Below, piece after piece: positions 26,753 through 30,116 of a stretch of 30,116 bases of DNA; position 1 is the stretch's first letter; every line of letters begins with the position of its first letter. The translations under genes were made by a program, and so were the position numbers. The stretch spans positions 1 to 30,116 of the forward strand of contig BTVV01000074.1 of the NCBI GenBank assembly GCA_045863855.1, given 5' to 3'. Below the pieces are notes generated by a model. That model was not told where the DNA came from. It searched no databases and saw nothing but the letters and a program-made list of their open reading frames with translations. Source of the stretch: Planctomycetota bacterium (lineage in GTDB: Bacteria > Planctomycetota > SZUA-567 > H5-PLA8).

Positions 26753-26781
26753 ATTCTATGCACGGCGGGCATTTACGTCAA
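26753..26781 (-). promoter_or_regulatory. Near-consensus sigma70 promoter driving the ncRNA/rny transcript
   Basis: TTGACG (26781-26776), 17-nt spacer, TAGAAT (26758-26753). Predicted TSS near 26746, 2 nt before the 5' closing strand. Confidence 0.85.
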
Positions 26782-26841
26782 GCTACGTACAGAGCGGGAT
26801 GCGCAACGATTAACATGTTAGGGTGATGGACGGATATACGG

Positions 26842-27273
26842 TCAAGCGTCGGCTTGGCGCTTAAGCAGTTCGATGAGCTTCGGCGCTTCGTGCTTCTCGC
26901 CCACTCCGATACCGGGACAACGCTGCTTTTCCTTCTCCCACGCCGCCCAGCTCTTGAGCACTTCGGGCCAAAAGGGATAGTCGCGGCACTGCTGCGGGCG
27001 AACCGGATAGACCCCGCAGCCGCCGTCGCCGAGGAGCACGCAGTCGCCGTTCTTGCGCTCCCGCAGGGATTTCTGCCCGCGGTAAACCTCGCGGACATGC
27101 AGCCGCTCGAACTCGTCGGGCGGGAGCTTCATGAAACCGGCAATCTGCGCGATCTCCAGTTCGGTAACCCAAACATAACCGGGCTCGCCGCCGCAGCAGC
27201 GCGTGCAGCCGCTCTGACAGGAAAACTGCACACCGGACTTGTACCAAGGCGACGATGCGAACGCGGCGCTCAT
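26842..27273 (-). CDS. YkgJ-family cysteine-cluster (CxxxCxxCC) Fe-S/Zn protein
   Basis: MSAAFASSPWYKSGVQFSCQSGCTRCCGG..DCVLL..CGVYPVRPQQCRDYPFW..CPGIG. ATG 27273 overlaps the pssA stop (ATGA). Confidence 0.9.
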   Translation of the reverse strand: MSAAFASSPWYKSGVQFSCQSGCTRCCGGEPGYVWVTELEIAQIAGFMKLPPDEFERLHVREVYRGQKSLRERKNGDCVLLGDGGCGVYPVRPQQCRDYPFWPEVLKSWAAWEKEKQRCPGIGVGEKHEAPKLIELLKRQADA

Positions 27274-28334
27274 GCGGGGGGCGCTTCCTCGTTGGCGGGC
27301 TGGGAGTGGGTACCGGATTCGGGCGCTTCGGTGCGCAGCGGCGCGGCCGCGAGTTCGGCGGCCGGCACCTGGCTTTCGCTTTCGGCCTGGACGCTGGCGA
27401 CCCATTCGGGCGGGCGCTGGCTGGGAAAGAGCTGGTAGCGGATCTCGTTCAGGACGCCCATCAGCATGAAGCCATTGAAGCCGGCGGCGAGGACGATCTC
27501 GTGCTGCATCACAGTGAGCACGATGCCCAGGCCGATGATGAGCAGGTGCATGAACGAGCGCTTGCCGCTGAGCAGCTTGTCGCCGACGTGGATGTAGTGG
27601 ACGCGGCTGATCATCAGGACGCCGATCAGGAGCATGACAAAGGGCATGGCGAGGAGGATCAGGTGCGAGATTTCGGAGGAACAGATCCAGCGCAGAAGCG
27701 GATTGGCCAAAAGATCGGGCGAAGCGGGAGCGACGGCTCCGGTCACGCCGTTGGCGGCCGGCGCCAGGAGGACCATGATCCCGGCCACGCAGCCGGCGGC
27801 GGCGGGCGAAGGGATGCCGAAGAAGAAGTCGCGGTGCCCGCTTTCGGATTCGACGTTGTAACGCGCCAGACGCAACGCGGCGCAACAAACGTACACGGCG
27901 AGCATGGGCCAGACGTAACGGTCGAGCAGCACCACGGGCATGTCGGGGGCGAAATGATCGATTGCGGCTTTCACCAGCACGGCCGGAGCGACGCCGAAGC
28001 TGACGACATCGCAGAGGCTGTCCATTTCCATGCCGAACTTGGAGGTCGATTTGGTCCAGCGCGCGACGCGCCCGTCGAGCGCGTCGAAGATCATGGCGAG
28101 GAAGATCAGGAGGCCGGAGTAGTAGACGCAATCGGCGGCGGAGATGACGCGGAAGGTCTGGGGCGGGTTGTGAATGCGCATCGCCAGCACGATCGAGGCG
28201 AATCCGCAGAGCAGATTGCCAAGAGTGACGAGCGTCGGAACCACCGCGACGCCCATGAGAAAGCGCCGCTTGAGTTTTTCCTTCCGTGCGCCTTTGCGCG
28301 CATTGCGGAAGCCTTTAAAGCGCAAACTCACCAT
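27270..28334 (-). CDS. pssA: CDP-diacylglycerol--serine O-phosphatidyltransferase
   Basis: PTLVTLGNLLCG, CDP-alcohol phosphotransferase motif DALDGRVARW..S.FGMEMDSLCDVVSFGVAP, LRLARYN, FFGIPSPAAAG. Directly downstream of psd. Start uncertain (28334 or 28256). Confidence 0.9.
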   Translation of the reverse strand: MVSLRFKGFRNARKGARKEKLKRRFLMGVAVVPTLVTLGNLLCGFASIVLAMRIHNPPQTFRVISAADCVYYSGLLIFLAMIFDALDGRVARWTKSTSKFGMEMDSLCDVVSFGVAPAVLVKAAIDHFAPDMPVVLLDRYVWPMLAVYVCCAALRLARYNVESESGHRDFFFGIPSPAAAGCVAGIMVLLAPAANGVTGAVAPASPDLLANPLLRWICSSEISHLILLAMPFVMLLIGVLMISRVHYIHVGDKLLSGKRSFMHLLIIGLGIVLTVMQHEIVLAAGFNGFMLMGVLNEIRYQLFPSQRPPEWVASVQAESESQVPAAELAAAPLRTEAPESGTHSQPANEEAPPA

Positions 28335-28354
28335 CCGCCCGCATCCCCGAAAGT

Positions 28355-29104
28355 CTAAGTATCGGCCCGTTCGACCGACGACGTGACCGCTCCTGCCGGC
28401 GAGACCGTCCATTCCGGCGCGGCCGCCGGTTGAGGCACGTGGCGCACCAGGACCGTTTCGCCGCCCACCACCTTCTGGCCCAGCTGCGCCATGATTTCGT
28501 AGCCGCCGTCGGCGCGGACGTACAGTTCGGTCCGCGAGCCGAACTTGATCATCCCGTAGCGCTCGCCGCGCAAGAAGGACCGCCCGCGCTGAACGGGACA
28601 GACGATCCGCCGCGCCAGGACGCCGGTGATCTGCTTGACCAGGATGCGCTCGCCGCCGGGCGTAAGCAGACCCATCTCGAAAGCCTCGTTGCGCGTCGGC
28701 GCCGCGGCGTTGTAGGCGGGGAGAAATTCGCCGGGGCAGTAGCGCAAGTACTCCGCCGTCCCCGCGCACGGGACGCGATTGACGTGCACATTAAACGGCG
28801 AGAGGAAGATGCCGACGCGCCACGCGCGCGCGTTCAGGAAGCGCGGTTCGTCCAGGAGTTCGATGTCGGTGACCGTGCCGTCGGCGGGCGCGACGAGCAG
28901 CCCGGCCTCTTGCGGCGAGACGCGGTCGGGGTCGCGGAAGAAGTAGACGACAATCAGCCAAGGCGGAAGGGCCACGAGGGCCAGCGCCGGGTGCACCAGA
29001 CTCCCCAGCGCCCACGCCAACGCGGTGCAGGCGAGAGATACGAGGAAGAGTTCGTCCCCGCCCCACTCGGCCATGCCGAAGAATCGCAGCAAGCGCTTAC
29101 CCAT
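28355..29104 (-). CDS. psd: Phosphatidylserine decarboxylase proenzyme
   Basis: YFFRDPDR, APADGTV, IFLSPFNVHVNRVP, QITGVLARRIVC, and self-cleavage motif GMIKFGSRTE. Confidence 0.95.
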   Translation of the reverse strand: MGKRLLRFFGMAEWGGDELFLVSLACTALAWALGSLVHPALALVALPPWLIVVYFFRDPDRVSPQEAGLLVAPADGTVTDIELLDEPRFLNARAWRVGIFLSPFNVHVNRVPCAGTAEYLRYCPGEFLPAYNAAAPTRNEAFEMGLLTPGGERILVKQITGVLARRIVCPVQRGRSFLRGERYGMIKFGSRTELYVRADGGYEIMAQLGQKVVGGETVLVRHVPQPAAAPEWTVSPAGAVTSSVERADT

Positions 29105-29232
29105 GCCGAGATTATGCCAGAAACCGGACGACTAGGGAAGCAGGACGAAGGCAAGAATGGGGTGCGATGCGGCATCCCCTTATTAAGGAAGGAAAAGCCG
29201 CATCGCAGGATGCCAAACTCCGAGCCCGCACG

Positions 29233-30081
29233 TCAACGTGCCCACGGCGCGGCCTGAAGCCGGAAGGCATGCGGCGATACGCCGACACTCCGTTTGAAGA
29301 TCCGGCTGAAGGTGTACGGATCTCCGATGCCCACGCGCGCACCGATCTCTTTGACGCTGAGGTCGGTATCGCTGAGCAACTGGCGCGCGGCGTCGCAGCG
29401 CAAGGTGGTCAGGTAATGCGCCGGCGCTTGCCCGGTGATTTTGCGCATGGTCTGGCGCAGCGTGGAATAGCTCATCGCATGCTCCGAAGCGAGGGCCTCG
29501 AAGTCCACTTCCTGGCGGTAATTCCGGCGGCAGTACTCCAGCACGGCTTCCATGGATTTGCTCGGCGTCTGCGCCTGCCGCAACGCTTCGCGGCTGTAGT
29601 ACATCTCGACGAGGAGCCGTTCGGCCATGAGGACCGCGCGATCGGCGTCGCCGGGCCCGGCGCGCTTTACGACACGAAGGAGTTCGCGAATGCCTTCCAC
29701 GATCGGGGCCACGTTGACGAGCTGGTGCACGCGGCCGTCGGCGGGAAAAACACCGCAGTCGATAAGGCGCTTCAAGCCCGGGCCGCTGACGCCGAAGTGG
29801 TATTCGCACCACGCGGTATGCGGCGTCGGGCCGTAATGGAAGACCGGCCCGGGATAGACGGGGAAAAGGCAACCGGGCTCGACGTTCTGCACCGGTCCGT
29901 CGTCGACTTGAAAGGAGCCGCGTCCTGAGGTCACGAGGCCGACCGCGTAATCGTTGAAGCGGTGGTTGACCCAGCCGACCTTGGCGGGCGCACAGCCGGC
30001 GAGAATGACGGTGAGTTCGCGGATCATCGCGGGGCGCATGATCGGGCGCATGAAGATGGTGGGGTCGGCGGCGGGCGGCAT
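29233..30081 (-). CDS. AraC-family transcriptional regulator
   Basis: N-terminal cupin-like AraC-binding domain and C-terminal double HTH (LASEHAMSYSTLRQTMRKITG..ARQLLSDTDLSVKEIGARVGIGDPYTFSRIFKRSVGVSP). Start uncertain (ORF open to 30102). Confidence 0.92.
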   Translation of the reverse strand: MPPAADPTIFMRPIMRPAMIRELTVILAGCAPAKVGWVNHRFNDYAVGLVTSGRGSFQVDDGPVQNVEPGCLFPVYPGPVFHYGPTPHTAWCEYHFGVSGPGLKRLIDCGVFPADGRVHQLVNVAPIVEGIRELLRVVKRAGPGDADRAVLMAERLLVEMYYSREALRQAQTPSKSMEAVLEYCRRNYRQEVDFEALASEHAMSYSTLRQTMRKITGQAPAHYLTTLRCDAARQLLSDTDLSVKEIGARVGIGDPYTFSRIFKRSVGVSPHAFRLQAAPWAR

Positions 30082-30116
30082 AGCCTTTGTCAAAACGTCC
30101 ATCTCCTTTGTCAGCC

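Noticed and set aside
26121..26813. 230-aa plus-strand ORF (and 25148..26521) across the rny leader
   Set aside because: Low-complexity Arg/Pro/Ala translation with no recognisable domain, antisense to a strong promoter. This is a typical high-GC shadow ORF.
26842..28131. 429-aa ORF as a single protein
   Set aside because: Only the last 143 aa (YkgJ, ATG 27273) look real. The rest is an alternative frame over pssA.
27270..28769. 499-aa pssA or a psd-pssA fusion
   Set aside because: The N-terminal extension is an off-frame overlap with psd, which has its own stop at 28355.

Overview
High-GC bacterial chromosomal window, probably Planctomycetota-like (inferred from gene content only). The right half has a minus-strand housekeeping run: araC-type regulator, psd, pssA, YkgJ Fe-S protein, rny (RNase Y), ymdB-type phosphoesterase, xseA, xseB and trmB. 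This run is interrupted by accessory genes (sugar-phosphate isomerase, GntR/LacI regulator, transglutaminase-like protein, SASA esterase, MBL hydrolase). The left half has an AT-richer orphan Imm30-like immunity gene, a secreted deiodinase/thioredoxin-like protein, an SRPBCC protein, a two-kinase PAS signalling pair, a second SASA esterase, a PHP phosphoesterase, membrane proteins and a CBM9-PhoD fusion. The main finding is a ~530-nt non-coding, densely base-paired region (about 26216-26746, minus strand). It follows a near-consensus sigma70 promoter, has complementary 5' and 3' ends, and lies directly upstream of rny. It is a candidate large 'ornate' structured ncRNA, possibly OLE-related or a new class. 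Smaller findings are an unannotated 41-aa single-TM protein, several apparently leaderless genes, REP-like and heptamer repeats at gene-insertion junctions, and a recent-looking 360-bp PAS duplication. No rRNA, tRNA, CRISPR array or transposase was recognised.
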